From an uncultured virus (IMG/VR IMGVR_UViG_3300044591_001667) (taxonomy: Duplodnaviria > Heunggongvirae > Uroviricota > Caudoviricetes): a stretch of DNA of 64,000 bases. The notes below the pieces were generated by a model that saw nothing but the letters and a program-made list of their open reading frames with translations, ran no database searches and was not told where the DNA came from. The stretch is from the IMG/VR virus record IMGVR_UViG_3300044591_001667; one strand, 5' to 3'. This document shows, one piece after another, positions 26,801 to 35,393 of this stretch; the first letter of the stretch is position 1; the number at the start of each line of letters is the position of its first letter. The translations under genes were made by a program, and so were the position numbers.

Positions 26801-26963
26801 CGTGGTGGACGTATCAACCTTGTTCGAGCTTTCAAACTCGATTCTTGGTGGAGACTCTATCTTCCCAGACGGTCCAGATATTTTGACAGTAGCTGTGTCA
26901 AGATTGACTGGTAACTCTACACTAACTTCAGCGAAGATGTCATGGGCAGAAGCTCAGGCGTAG
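20856..26963 (+). CDS. Giant virion structural/fibre protein (2035 aa) with ALK/LTK-like Gly-rich domain and many NHG-type repeats
   Basis: AGGAG RBS; FTTCGKTGRVGPTQ motif; repeats of NHGFxxGxxVxY...GLTxxTxYYV; HRPFDGG and RQTRKYFRYQSGKG core; IDYSWYGAG. Confidence 0.8.
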   Translation: MPIDVTAAGAAGTHSFSRVNVNLDEDFIYFKNTSPDVIPAALAPGVAFLYTSGIGSLTGFTENGLVYVTTTEPKKLKFSTTFNGTAINITESTAGTIKFNTPVVFANKLNIDASTPTNQAVKYFTNGTPLTGLTSGDTYFLKNVSISEFAGSQALYAFTSHTFTTCGKTGRVGPTQTEMRNSYSTTWDDLYISQGAFQGYQDWTVPVSGIYSFNVRGASGFDGGGAGSVGRGAIVEGRIALTKGEVITIAVGQRGDAPTSGGVWGGSGGGTFVVRKTGNEPLFVAGGGAGEPNTGAGRDGVLTRLGGTSTNNQQAGGAVGFGGRAQSPFGYSAAGGGFFSRGQNGSFTSEPTFGGGSFLDGLTMGTNTRIGGYGGFGGGGQSDGQRVGQSGGGGGYSGGGGARSTTANHSGGGGGSFIVSTATNVGTSTGLFDGANTFNGSPIANISAYNTGEGQVTVTLISSFTTGNSIHPTAQDAENGTNAIAIAAAGTSFHSFVPINFDTQNDQIHSPAAHTLTNGEAIQVTFNGVPPTGITNNAIYYVNTVNAFSYRLSTTPSPSFTNINLTNPSSREVATTAKISRVVVNVATDTLTISNHGFLVDQPLRYQVGDGTAIAPLIDQATYYVAEVLNANQIRLKSSLNSPTYINFTSAGTGTGHSFIFLTVNALEDTLYIPNHGLVSGQAIRYSKGITANVVIPGLTDNTTYFIVKVDNSIVRLATNRALTTIANITNQDPWPATGTHSLFITSLDYTTDTITLPNHGFLQGELVEYDSKGQTVVNGLTTATPYYVIFVDGDNIKLATTPENADAGTAVDLTASPVGVGRHTLRSLSKTPDGIYTITSTPSPDTFTVEAAGNVPIITKVFNPRGAVDLELNTFLIQSHGFTTGTKVTYDQGDAATDIGGLTNNTDYYVVAINRDYLRLATSAENAASGITLNITDWGTGVGHKLITDQINGNVTGSGTVSVTSGSVLVNGSGTAFSKILKVGDRFRLFPPNTIKQHGTMVFAAADVNASTNLITKSNTFTTGTQVVFSAGGGTAPAPLVEGATYFVRAVSAGSTMSLHPTATDATNNTNIIDITTTGTGTNFSISNVSKTFADVDVNTTNNRILDSHNFATGDVVKFAANGGVPPAPLVDGYYYYVRAVSNTEVTLHSTLSDAQNNLQAVDFSTQGTGTGFTLTNTIPVGPIIRRITAIGGDTQITVDRPYANAYSAVSYSYPTFVYVRPQGYSLHRPFDGGVEMSVGSKTSFGQIVRQTRKYFRYQSGKGIQSSCGVNFQPSIDLESMKQFSSLQIECKTRRPHGLVSGLFIVVNAAEDSYGNTSTVYNGEFQVTVVDLTTFRFTALEPIVENRAYGFPQFYVREWSNGAVREGMFDFQNGAFFEFDGQDIYAVRRSSTQQLAGTASCLQGSELVFGSNTSFEAQLTVGDFIVMRGQSYRIAEIESDTRMAIRPEYKGSSGTEKEFNPQTQVNTTTNVFSIIGHGFSDRLPVIYNSIDGEPVGGMINGRTYYVDLINNNSFMLLADPDSEVNVDLSTTGTTTVHSFVPAKSGIVITKTVDTRVPQSQWNIDICDGSGPTGYNLDISRIQMAYIDYSWYGAGKIRFGFKTVDGQVQYVHEFVHNNNLFESYFRSGNLPARYEVVTYENPTYIPYLFHWGTSVIMDGRFDDDNAYLFTGSSQTLDVRGTTAKSFASSGINLTTDLFTVQSHGFATGDILQFQSIATNGFPGTNTLNPATQIVGSNTRANLTNDGLYGVLVNSPNLIHLTPPNVTISRGTGYSINPQTIQSAQSGTTVTITTTLPHGLTTGMYAGIYGSSRVPNGPFYVTRTSDTVFTYQATNVTTPVTAANDPNIIISEVINFTSQGNTQYTYFLYPNGSLNNTSGPNYQPLLSIRLSPSVSEGLTGKLGDRDVLNRMQLRLQEIGVSTTQLVDVKVLLNPRLNNLNFVGVDSPSLTQIVEHTAQDTVSGGVQVYNFRAAGGAAGAEDTTVVDVSTLFELSNSILGGDSIFPDGPDILTVAVSRLTGNSTLTSAKMSWAEAQA

Positions 26964-26972
26964 GAGAGACAC

Positions 26973-29351
26973 ATGCCAATTCAGCGACTTGGGATATCAA
27001 ACCCAACGGGTAATACTGACACAGTTCTTGCTACATTTTCTGATGCACATCTTGTTTCAGTCATTGTCGCAAATAGAGGTGTAGTAGCAGTACCAGCATG
27101 TAAGGTTAGTATTTGGATTGCACCAGCAAATGCTGTTCAACAGTCCAACTTTGCTTACATTGCTTTTAATCTTGATATCCCTATCGGGGCTTCTTTTGAA
27201 ACATTTAGATTTGCTATAAATCCAGGTGACACACTTTGGGTACGTTCAAGCACTCCTAATGCTTCATTTAGCTGCGTAGGTATCGCTCAAGAGGACTCGG
27301 CGTTACCTGAAAATTTGTCACAAACTTTTACTAATAAAGAGATTAGAGGTTTGTACAACACTATCTATGTAGATGCTGGTCCTACAGCAGATAGAAGGTC
27401 TACAGCTGAAGTTGGCTATATTCGATTTAACACAGAGCTTAACTCTGGAAGAGGCGCCCTAGAACAAAAAACAACCACAGGTTGGGAAATTGTTGGTACA
27501 GGAGTTACTTCTGGGCCAACGGGTGCTACAGGTCCTGCAGGTGCTACAGGTGCTACTGGTCCATCTGGTGGACCTACAGGACCAACAGGTTCCGTCGGTC
27601 CAACAGGTGCGACAGGCCCTGCTGGAATTGGTGGAGATATTGGACCTTCTGGTCCTACAGGTCCTGCTGGCCCAGCTGGGCCTCAGGCAACTAGTCTTGA
27701 TTTAAAGGGCGGGGTAGCTAATTTTGCTGCATTGCCATCCAGTGGGAACACGACTGGGGATGCGTATGTAACTCTTGATACAAAAGATGTTTATGTTTGG
27801 ACTGGCTCTGAGTGGTCAAATGTTGGTCCTATTTATGGAGCAACTGGTCCAACTGGAGCCACAGGTGCGACAGGTGCCGCATCAACTGTGCAGGGTCCAA
27901 CTGGACCAACGGGTGCAACAGGACCTCGTGGAACTACTGGTCCACAGGGAGACCCTTCAGTTATTCCAGGACCAACAGGAAGTACAGGACCTACAGGTGC
28001 AACTGGTGCCGCAAGCACTGTTGCAGGACCTACAGGACCTACAGGACCGACAGGTGTTCAAGGTCCAGCTGGAACAAATATCACTATTAAGGGAAGTGTT
28101 GTTGATTTTGCATCTCTACCTTCAAGTGGAAATACAACAGCTGATGCATATGTAACTCTTGATACAGGAGATACTTATTTTTGGACTGGCTCTACTTGGA
28201 TAAATCTTGGAGCAATTTCTGGTCCAGTCGGACCAACAGGTTCTACAGGGTCAACTGGTCCAGCAGGTCCAACAGGCCCTTCTGGCGGCCCAACTGGTCC
28301 GACGGGAGCTACTGGTCCTGTAGGGCCTCAAGGACAAGCTGGAGCTTCAAATGTTGCTGTTGTTCAAACTTTAGACGCAACAACATTTGTTGGATTATAC
28401 GAAAATATTCAAGGAGTTCAAGGCGGAGTTACCAATGAAGGAATTCAGTTTGATGCTTCAACACAAACACTAAAAGTAACTCAAATTGAAAGCTCACAAA
28501 TTTTACCTCCTAGCTCAGGATTAGGTACTTTTACTGTTAGCTCTCCTACAACACTTACTTTAGCTGCTACAACAGAAGTTATTGCAAACTCTCCTCTAAA
28601 ACTTTATAGCACTACTGTAGCTAATCTTTCATCAGTTACAGCAAGTGCTGGTGCAATTATTTATGTTAGTGATGCACCTATTGGTTCTCAGTTGTACTAC
28701 TACAACGGCACTCAATGGGTTGAGATTGAGGGAACTGGTCAAGGTCCTACAGGTGCTACAGGACCTACTGGCCCATCTGGTGGACCTACTGGTCCTCAAG
28801 GTCCTACAGGACCAACTGGAGCCACAGGACCTGCAGTAACGGGGCCTCAAGGTATCACTGGTCCAACTGGTCCGGGAGTTACAGGCCCAACTGGTGCGAC
28901 TGGTGCGACTGGTCCTGCTGGAACTACAAATTTTGGATCGCTCAACGATATTACATCTGCATCAGTTACAGTAGATGAAATTTATGAGTCAGCTATAGCG
29001 ACGTTAGCAGTATCTAATCAAGGAACAACAGCGTATAGATTTACTAGTCATTACGGATTATCTAATAATCCAGTTGTTTATGCAATTTCTGGAACAACAA
29101 TTGCATTTAATCTTGCTAATGCTGGACACCCGTTTGCTATTCAAACAGCCGATGGAAACAACTTCAGCGAAGGTCTTGTTCACGTAGACACTAACGGAAT
29201 TATAAGCACTGCTTCAAATGCACAAGGTAAAACATCTGGAACCTTGTATTGGAGAATTCGTCAAAACATAACTGGAGGATATAGATATCAATGCTTATCA
29301 CATCCAGCTATGGGTAACACTATTATTATTAAAGATATATCAACCATTTAA
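26973..29351 (+). CDS. Collagen-like fibre with C-terminal cupredoxin-like domain
   Basis: N-domain paralogous to that of 31007, Gly-X-Y runs, and GHPF...[10 protein letters not shown]. Confidence 0.85.
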   Translation: MPIQRLGISNPTGNTDTVLATFSDAHLVSVIVANRGVVAVPACKVSIWIAPANAVQQSNFAYIAFNLDIPIGASFETFRFAINPGDTLWVRSSTPNASFSCVGIAQEDSALPENLSQTFTNKEIRGLYNTIYVDAGPTADRRSTAEVGYIRFNTELNSGRGALEQKTTTGWEIVGTGVTSGPTGATGPAGATGATGPSGGPTGPTGSVGPTGATGPAGIGGDIGPSGPTGPAGPAGPQATSLDLKGGVANFAALPSSGNTTGDAYVTLDTKDVYVWTGSEWSNVGPIYGATGPTGATGATGAASTVQGPTGPTGATGPRGTTGPQGDPSVIPGPTGSTGPTGATGAASTVAGPTGPTGPTGVQGPAGTNITIKGSVVDFASLPSSGNTTADAYVTLDTGDTYFWTGSTWINLGAISGPVGPTGSTGSTGPAGPTGPSGGPTGPTGATGPVGPQGQAGASNVAVVQTLDATTFVGLYENIQGVQGGVTNEGIQFDASTQTLKVTQIESSQILPPSSGLGTFTVSSPTTLTLAATTEVIANSPLKLYSTTVANLSSVTASAGAIIYVSDAPIGSQLYYYNGTQWVEIEGTGQGPTGATGPTGPSGGPTGPQGPTGPTGATGPAVTGPQGITGPTGPGVTGPTGATGATGPAGTTNFGSLNDITSASVTVDEIYESAIATLAVSNQGTTAYRFTSHYGLSNNPVVYAISGTTIAFNLANAGHPFAIQTADGNNFSEGLVHVDTNGIISTASNAQGKTSGTLYWRIRQNITGGYRYQCLSHPAMGNTIIIKDISTI

Positions 29352-29363
29352 TAGGACTGGTAT

Positions 29364-30953
29364 ATGAGTGAATACAAGGAATACACAGTAACCGCAGACA
29401 GTCTTGAAAAAACAGACTCTTTGTGGGATGACTTGCTGCGCGATGGAAGTAATTTAGTAACTATTCCAATTCGAGAAGTAGAAGTTGCTAATCCAAGACC
29501 AGACAATCCTCACAATACTTCCTATTGGTTGACAGACAAAGAAGCAGAATTTCTACGTCAGGATTCAAGAGTTACTGATGTTCAAGATTTGTCTATTTTT
29601 AAGCCTACAAAATTAGCTTTTCAAGTTGGAACTTTTGATAAAACCTCTACAGAAACTGGTCCAAAATCCAACTGGGGGCTTTTAAGACATGCCCTTACAA
29701 CAAATATTTATGGAACAAGTCTAAGCGATCCTGGTGGAACATATGACTATGTTCTTGATGGTAGCAATGTTGACGTTGTAATTATTGATAGTGGTATTCA
29801 AGCTAATCATCCAGAGTTTCAAAGTTTAGATGGTTCTGGAGCTAGCAGAGTAAATTTAGTCGACTGGTTTCAAGTCAGCGGGATTTCTGGAAGCATGCCA
29901 CCTGGTTTTTATCAAGACTATGATGGTCACGGTACCCATGTAGCAGCTACTGTTGCAGGTAAAACTTTTGGTTGGGCAAAAAATTCTCAAATATTTTCTA
30001 TCAAATTAGAAGGTTTAAAAGGTCCAGGAGATACTGGAGGTGGTTTAGATGTGGCAACAGCATTTGATGTTCTTATCGGTTGGCACAATAATAAAACAAA
30101 TGGAAGACCTACGGTAGTTGTAAACAGCTGGGGCTTTGGTATTTTTCATAGAGCCGATTCAGAATCTTTCTCCTTTGGTCTTGATGAATCAGAAATTCTT
30201 TACGCAATTAATGGTGGTACATATAGAGGAACGCCTTGGACTGGTGCTACTTTATCTACTGCTCGAGGACACACTGGTGCATTAGTAGCTCCTTCAACAT
30301 ACTTCTACCCCTTTAGGGTTTCATCGGTAGATTTTGACATTGTTACTGGTGCTCAAGCGGGTATTTTATTTGTCAATGCTGCTGGAAACGAGTATCTAAA
30401 AATAGATGTTGAATCTGGTTTAGATTACGACAACTTTATAAATACAGATTTTGGTAACTTTTTTTATCATAGAGGTGGGACTCCAGGCGCTAGCATAAAT
30501 GCTCGAGATTCTGTTCTAACTGTTGGAGCTATGGATCATGAAACAACTCCTCAAGGGGAGGAAAGAAAAGCAGCTTTTAGTAATTCAGGGCCAGGAATTT
30601 CTGTTTATGCGGCAGGTTCAAGAATTATCAGTGCTATGAGCCAAACAAACGATAGTAATTCAAACAATCCATACTTTCTTAATGGCTCTTTCAAGCAGCA
30701 ACTTTTAAGCGGCACATCAATGGCAGCCCCTCAAATAGCTGGTATAGCTGCTTTAGTTTTTCAGATGCACCCCGATTGGGAACCAAGACAGGTAGCTCAT
30801 TTTATAAAGAGCAGAGCCCTCCCAGCTCTCTATACAAGTGGACAAAATAATGATTATACTAACCAACACAGCGTCCACGGGGGAGAGACAAAAATAGCTT
30901 ATGTTCCTATGGCATCACAGAGGAAATACTCCTTCTTTAGAGCCACGGTGTAG
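29364..30953 (+). CDS. Subtilisin-like serine protease (S8)
   Basis: IIDSG (D142), GHGTHVAATVAG (H189), oxyanion AAGN, GTSMAAPQIAG (S452); prodomain-like N-terminus. Confidence 0.95.
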   Translation: MSEYKEYTVTADSLEKTDSLWDDLLRDGSNLVTIPIREVEVANPRPDNPHNTSYWLTDKEAEFLRQDSRVTDVQDLSIFKPTKLAFQVGTFDKTSTETGPKSNWGLLRHALTTNIYGTSLSDPGGTYDYVLDGSNVDVVIIDSGIQANHPEFQSLDGSGASRVNLVDWFQVSGISGSMPPGFYQDYDGHGTHVAATVAGKTFGWAKNSQIFSIKLEGLKGPGDTGGGLDVATAFDVLIGWHNNKTNGRPTVVVNSWGFGIFHRADSESFSFGLDESEILYAINGGTYRGTPWTGATLSTARGHTGALVAPSTYFYPFRVSSVDFDIVTGAQAGILFVNAAGNEYLKIDVESGLDYDNFINTDFGNFFYHRGGTPGASINARDSVLTVGAMDHETTPQGEERKAAFSNSGPGISVYAAGSRIISAMSQTNDSNSNNPYFLNGSFKQQLLSGTSMAAPQIAGIAALVFQMHPDWEPRQVAHFIKSRALPALYTSGQNNDYTNQHSVHGGETKIAYVPMASQRKYSFFRATV

Positions 30954-31006
30954 TAAGTTGAAGGTATAATTATGAAGCATAGTATGGACGGAGTAAGGAG
31001 AGACTA

Positions 31007-32593
31007 ATGGCAACCAAACGACTGGGATTATCGACTCCTAATTCCAATATTCCTACCCTTTTAGCTACAAATGACGTTACTGGTGTTGCTTCTGTTATTG
31101 TCGCAAATCGCGCCAATGTTGCAACCCTTGTAACTATTTATATCGAACCTGCGGAAGCACTGGGAGTAGAGGCTACTCGAGCATATATTGTAGATAATTT
31201 ATCGGTAGCAGTTGGTCAATCTTTTGAAACTTTTAGATTTGCTCTTAATGTTGGAGACCAAATCTGGGTTAAATCTAGCACCTCTCTTGCTAATTTTTCC
31301 TCAACTATTGTGTACGACCAAGCAGGGCGTTCAAATATAACTTATTCTGCAAATCAACCAGGATTTCCTTCAGTTGGAGATATTTGGATTGATACCGATA
31401 CTGATGAAGTAAGTTTTTATACAGGCTCTGGTTTTAACACTATAGCTAGTATCGCACCTTCGGGTCCAACAGGTCCTGCTGGTCCATTTGGTCCGACAGG
31501 TCCTGCTGGTCCTACTGGACCTCAAGGGTCTAGTGTTCGTATTCTTGGAACTTATGCAACTTTAAATCTTCTGCAATCTGATAACCCAATTGGAGCTATT
31601 GGTGACGCATACGTTGTTGCTCAAGAATTTGTTTATGCATGGTCTGATCTAAACCAAGAATGGGCACTTGTTGGTCCAATTGGTGTGACTGGACCAACGG
31701 GTGCAACAGGTGCTACTGGTCCACAAGGTACAGGTGGAGCAGATGGTGTAACAGGACCCACAGGTCCTGCTGGTATTCCTGGTGGTCCAACTGGTCCAGT
31801 AGGACCAACTGGAGTTACTGGACCCACAGGTCCTACTGGAGCCACAGGACCTGAAGGACCAACTGGGGCAACTGGTTCGGTAGGTGCGACAGGATTAGTT
31901 TCTGGAGCTATTCCACCTGCAAATACAGATCTTATTTGGGTAGACACTACTCAAGAGTCAGCAATTCTTTTGCATGCAGCAACTCACGCAGTTGGTGGTG
32001 GAGATGAAATAACTATTTCTACAAGTCAAGTTACTGGTCTAACTACAAGACTTGGTGATATAGATATTTTGACTAATGGTGAAGGAAGTATTGATAGAAA
32101 AGCTCCGCTTACTGGTGTTGCTTACGGTACATCAGGAAATATGTTACTAACCTATCGTCGAGCAATTAAAACAGAAACAATCACAAAACTTTCTATGGCA
32201 TGCGGTACTGCTGCAGGTGCTACACCTTCATTGATTAAATTTGCTGTATATTCAGTTAATGAAAATACAGGCGATTTAACTTTGGTTGCTTCAACAGCAA
32301 ACGATACGACAATATTTGCTAGTGCAAACACAGGCTATGAAGTAAATCTATCTAGCTCTTGGTCAAAAACTGCTGGAACTCTATATGCATACGGTCTTTT
32401 GCTTATAAGTTCACAAACACTACCAACAGTTATTGGGCACGCACACCTTGCTTCAACTGGTGTAAACAATATACTTGCACTTCCTCCAAGAGTTACAGGA
32501 CTTGTATCAGGTCAAACTGATTTACCGTCTTCTGTAGTTTCTTCATCAATTGCCGTCTCTAACCGTGCTCTTTGGACGCACGCTATTCCATAG
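31007..32593 (+). CDS. Collagen-like fibre protein
   Basis: AGGAG RBS, N-domain paralogous to 26973, Gly-X-Y runs, [13 protein letters not shown] motif and a C-terminal beta domain. Confidence 0.85.
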   Translation: MATKRLGLSTPNSNIPTLLATNDVTGVASVIVANRANVATLVTIYIEPAEALGVEATRAYIVDNLSVAVGQSFETFRFALNVGDQIWVKSSTSLANFSSTIVYDQAGRSNITYSANQPGFPSVGDIWIDTDTDEVSFYTGSGFNTIASIAPSGPTGPAGPFGPTGPAGPTGPQGSSVRILGTYATLNLLQSDNPIGAIGDAYVVAQEFVYAWSDLNQEWALVGPIGVTGPTGATGATGPQGTGGADGVTGPTGPAGIPGGPTGPVGPTGVTGPTGPTGATGPEGPTGATGSVGATGLVSGAIPPANTDLIWVDTTQESAILLHAATHAVGGGDEITISTSQVTGLTTRLGDIDILTNGEGSIDRKAPLTGVAYGTSGNMLLTYRRAIKTETITKLSMACGTAAGATPSLIKFAVYSVNENTGDLTLVASTANDTTIFASANTGYEVNLSSSWSKTAGTLYAYGLLLISSQTLPTVIGHAHLASTGVNNILALPPRVTGLVSGQTDLPSSVVSSSIAVSNRALWTHAIP

Positions 32594-32601
32594 GAGCATA
32601 T

Positions 32602-33063
32602 ATGCCAATTATCAAGAAATATAACTCTACTGGCGGTATCTGGGAGCCAATTGCTGTTGGTGCTACTGGACCGACTGGACCACAAGGTATCTTAGGACCT
32701 ACTGGTGCACAAGGCATTCAAGGTATAACTGGACCTCAAGGCGACTGGTCTACTGCTCAAGTTGTTGAAACAAGGAGCTCTGCTTTTGGAGTTGTATTGT
32801 CAGACGCTGGAAAAATTTTAAAGTGTGACAACGGTGCAGCAATGATTGCCACTCTACCTACTAATGCTTCACATGCTTTTGTAATTGGTCAAAAAATAGA
32901 CTTTATTCAATATGGAGCAGGTCAATTAACCATTGCTGGAGCCACGGGAGTCACGCTAAGAGCTACACCAACCAATAAAACAAGAACAACCAACTCAGTT
33001 GTGTCAGCTGTAAAGATTGACACAAACGAATGGATTCTTGTGGGAGATTTGGCGATATCTTAA
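32602..33063 (+). CDS. Short collagen-like protein with C-terminal domain paralogous to that of 14366
   Basis: ATG 32602 with AGGAG RBS, about nine Gly-X-Y triplets, ends WILVGDLAIS. Confidence 0.82.
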   Translation: MPIIKKYNSTGGIWEPIAVGATGPTGPQGILGPTGAQGIQGITGPQGDWSTAQVVETRSSAFGVVLSDAGKILKCDNGAAMIATLPTNASHAFVIGQKIDFIQYGAGQLTIAGATGVTLRATPTNKTRTTNSVVSAVKIDTNEWILVGDLAIS

Positions 33064-33064
33064 A

Positions 33065-33694
33065 ATGCCAGTAAACGTAGGTTGTATTGCGGGAGCTGGT
33101 AATTTAAAAAATCCAGCCGAAGCTTTTAGGCTTGGTTATAGAGTTAATTATATAAAAAATCCAAGTTTTGAAGTAGACATCTCTGACTGGACTTCTTTTA
33201 ATGGGACAACCCTATCTAGATCTACAGATGAGTTTAATAACGGGTCAGCATCACTAAGAGTTGTTAATACTTCTGGAGGAGGAGTTCAGACTGTAGAAAG
33301 AGTTCCATTTATATCTGCTTCTGATGTTTGGACTATTAGTGCTTATATAAAACTTGACCCGTTAAACGACAATGCAACTTACTATCTACGCCATCTTCAA
33401 TACACAACTACCAGTGCTGCAGCAGCTATTTCAAGCGGAAATATAGGAATTCAATCTGTTACAGGGGCCGACGGATGGGTGAGACTCAGTGGTTCTTTTG
33501 AGAGGACGTCGGGAGCCAACTTTTTTGCTATGAGAATAGTAACTACTTCTGCCTCAAACACAGACGTTTTCTATGTAGATGGTGTTATGGCAGAGAGAAC
33601 TCCTACTGTAGGCACCTATTTTGATGGCTCATCAGGGGGATTTTGGACTGGAGTTCCTCATTCAAGTTACAGTGGTGCTACCCCATACGTGTGA
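33065..33694 (+). CDS. Carbohydrate-binding-module-like (CBM4/9-type jelly roll) minor tail protein
   Basis: NYIKNPSFE, GSASLRV, WTISAYIK, WVRLS, FYVDGVMAE, YFDG; ATG at 33065 just after the upstream stop. Confidence 0.7.
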   Translation: MPVNVGCIAGAGNLKNPAEAFRLGYRVNYIKNPSFEVDISDWTSFNGTTLSRSTDEFNNGSASLRVVNTSGGGVQTVERVPFISASDVWTISAYIKLDPLNDNATYYLRHLQYTTTSAAAAISSGNIGIQSVTGADGWVRLSGSFERTSGANFFAMRIVTTSASNTDVFYVDGVMAERTPTVGTYFDGSSGGFWTGVPHSSYSGATPYV

Positions 33695-33728
33695 TTTAAG
33701 GTAGGCTTATCTCTAAGAAAGGACGAAA

Positions 33729-34304
33729 ATGACATATCCCAATTGGTTTGAAAATGATGGTCAAGAAAACTTTAAAAACCATCTGATGCAGTTTTTAAAT
33801 AAACCTGTTCGCATGCTCCAAATTGGTGCATATACAGGGGACGCATCTCTTTGGCTGTATGACAATATTTTAAAATACAATAGCGAGTCAGTCCTAGTTG
33901 ATGTAGATACTTGGGAAGGTTCAGATGAGCCTTCTCATCATCAAATGAATTGGGAATCAGTTGAACAGTTTTATGATGTAAAGACAGAGGCTGGCCAACA
34001 ATCTAAAAAAATAGTAAAAGTAAAGTCAACTAGCGATTGGTTTTTTAAAAACAATCTAGAAAAATATGACTTTATTTATGTAGATGGGGACCACACTTCT
34101 TATGGTGTTATAAAAGACGCAATTAATGCATACGAATGTTTAAATGTAAATGGAATAATAGGTTTTGATGATTATCAGTGGTCAGCTGGTCTTGGGTACT
34201 TAAATGAGCCAAGGTTGGCTATTGAAGCTTTTCATGCTGTTTATTATGACCGTTTAGAAATTTTAGTTGATGGCTATCAGCGCTGGTACAAGAAGACAAG
34301 GTAG
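33729..34304 (+). CDS. Class I SAM-dependent methyltransferase (Methyltransf_24-like)
   Basis: LQIGAYTGDAS, VDTWEGS, YDFIYVDGDH and GIIGFDDY. Confidence 0.88.
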   Translation: MTYPNWFENDGQENFKNHLMQFLNKPVRMLQIGAYTGDASLWLYDNILKYNSESVLVDVDTWEGSDEPSHHQMNWESVEQFYDVKTEAGQQSKKIVKVKSTSDWFFKNNLEKYDFIYVDGDHTSYGVIKDAINAYECLNVNGIIGFDDYQWSAGLGYLNEPRLAIEAFHAVYYDRLEILVDGYQRWYKKTR

Positions 34305-34313
34305 GATGCTCAC

Positions 34314-35393
34314 ATGAAAGTAGCTATATACACAATTGCATTAAACGAAAGACAATTTGTTGACACATGGTATGAAGCCGCAAAAGATGCTGATTACTTG
34401 CTGATAGCTGACACGGGCTCTACCGATGGAACCGTCGAGCGTGCTAAAGAATTAGGAATTAATGTTGTAGATGTCCGAATCTCCCCATGGAGATTTGATG
34501 ATGCTCGAAACGCAGCAATGGCCGCACTTCCAATTGATATTGATATGTGTATTTCTCTCGATATGGATGAAGTAATCACTCCTAATTGGAGAGGTCCCCT
34601 CGAGAAAGCGTGGCAGCGTGGGGTAACAAGACCTAGATATAAGCACATCTGGTCATGGAATGATGACGGGACTCCAGGTCTTGAATTCAGCTACGACCAC
34701 ATTCATGCTCGAAAAAACTATCGTTGGCGTCACCCAGTGCATGAGTGTTTGTATGTTTATGGTCGCGAAGAAGTTCAAGAGTGGATTGAAGAAATTCAAA
34801 CTCACCACCACCCTGACCCAACAAAATCTCGCTCTCAGTATCTACCTTTGCTTGCCTTATCTGTTCAAGAAGATCCATACAACGATAGAAATGCTTTTTA
34901 CTATGGACGTGAGCTCTACTTCTATGGTCGATACCAAGAAGCAGCAGTAGAGCTTAAGCGTCACTTAGATCTGCCTACAGCCCGTTGGGCACCTGAGCGT
35001 GCTGCCTCTATGCGTTTTATCGGTAAGAGTCTTCCATTAGAAGCAGAGATTTGGTTTCGTAGAGCAATCGATCAAGCTCCCGGCCGCCGCGAACCGTTTG
35101 TTGATTTAGCAGAGATTTATTATCAACGCAAAGACTGGGAGAAGTGTTACGAGGCTTCTAAAGATGCTTTAGCAATTGTTGAAAAACCTCTTGAGTATTT
35201 GTGTGAAGCAAAAGCTTGGGGAGCTGCTCCTCATGATTTTGCTGCCATTGCTGCTTTTAATTTAGGTAAATTTGAAGAAGCAGTCGAGCATGCAACTAAT
35301 GCTTTTAGTCTTGAACCAGATAATCAGAGATTAGCCGACAATCTTAAATTTTGTTTAAAGGCATTAAACCCAGAAGAAGAGGCCACTAAATGA
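34314..35393 (+). CDS. GT2 glycosyltransferase with C-terminal TPR repeats
   Basis: YTIALNE, DTGSTDGT, RFDDARNAA, SLDMDE (DxD), VHE and a TPR-like helical C-terminus. Confidence 0.92.
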   Translation: MKVAIYTIALNERQFVDTWYEAAKDADYLLIADTGSTDGTVERAKELGINVVDVRISPWRFDDARNAAMAALPIDIDMCISLDMDEVITPNWRGPLEKAWQRGVTRPRYKHIWSWNDDGTPGLEFSYDHIHARKNYRWRHPVHECLYVYGREEVQEWIEEIQTHHHPDPTKSRSQYLPLLALSVQEDPYNDRNAFYYGRELYFYGRYQEAAVELKRHLDLPTARWAPERAASMRFIGKSLPLEAEIWFRRAIDQAPGRREPFVDLAEIYYQRKDWEKCYEASKDALAIVEKPLEYLCEAKAWGAAPHDFAAIAAFNLGKFEEAVEHATNAFSLEPDNQRLADNLKFCLKALNPEEEATK

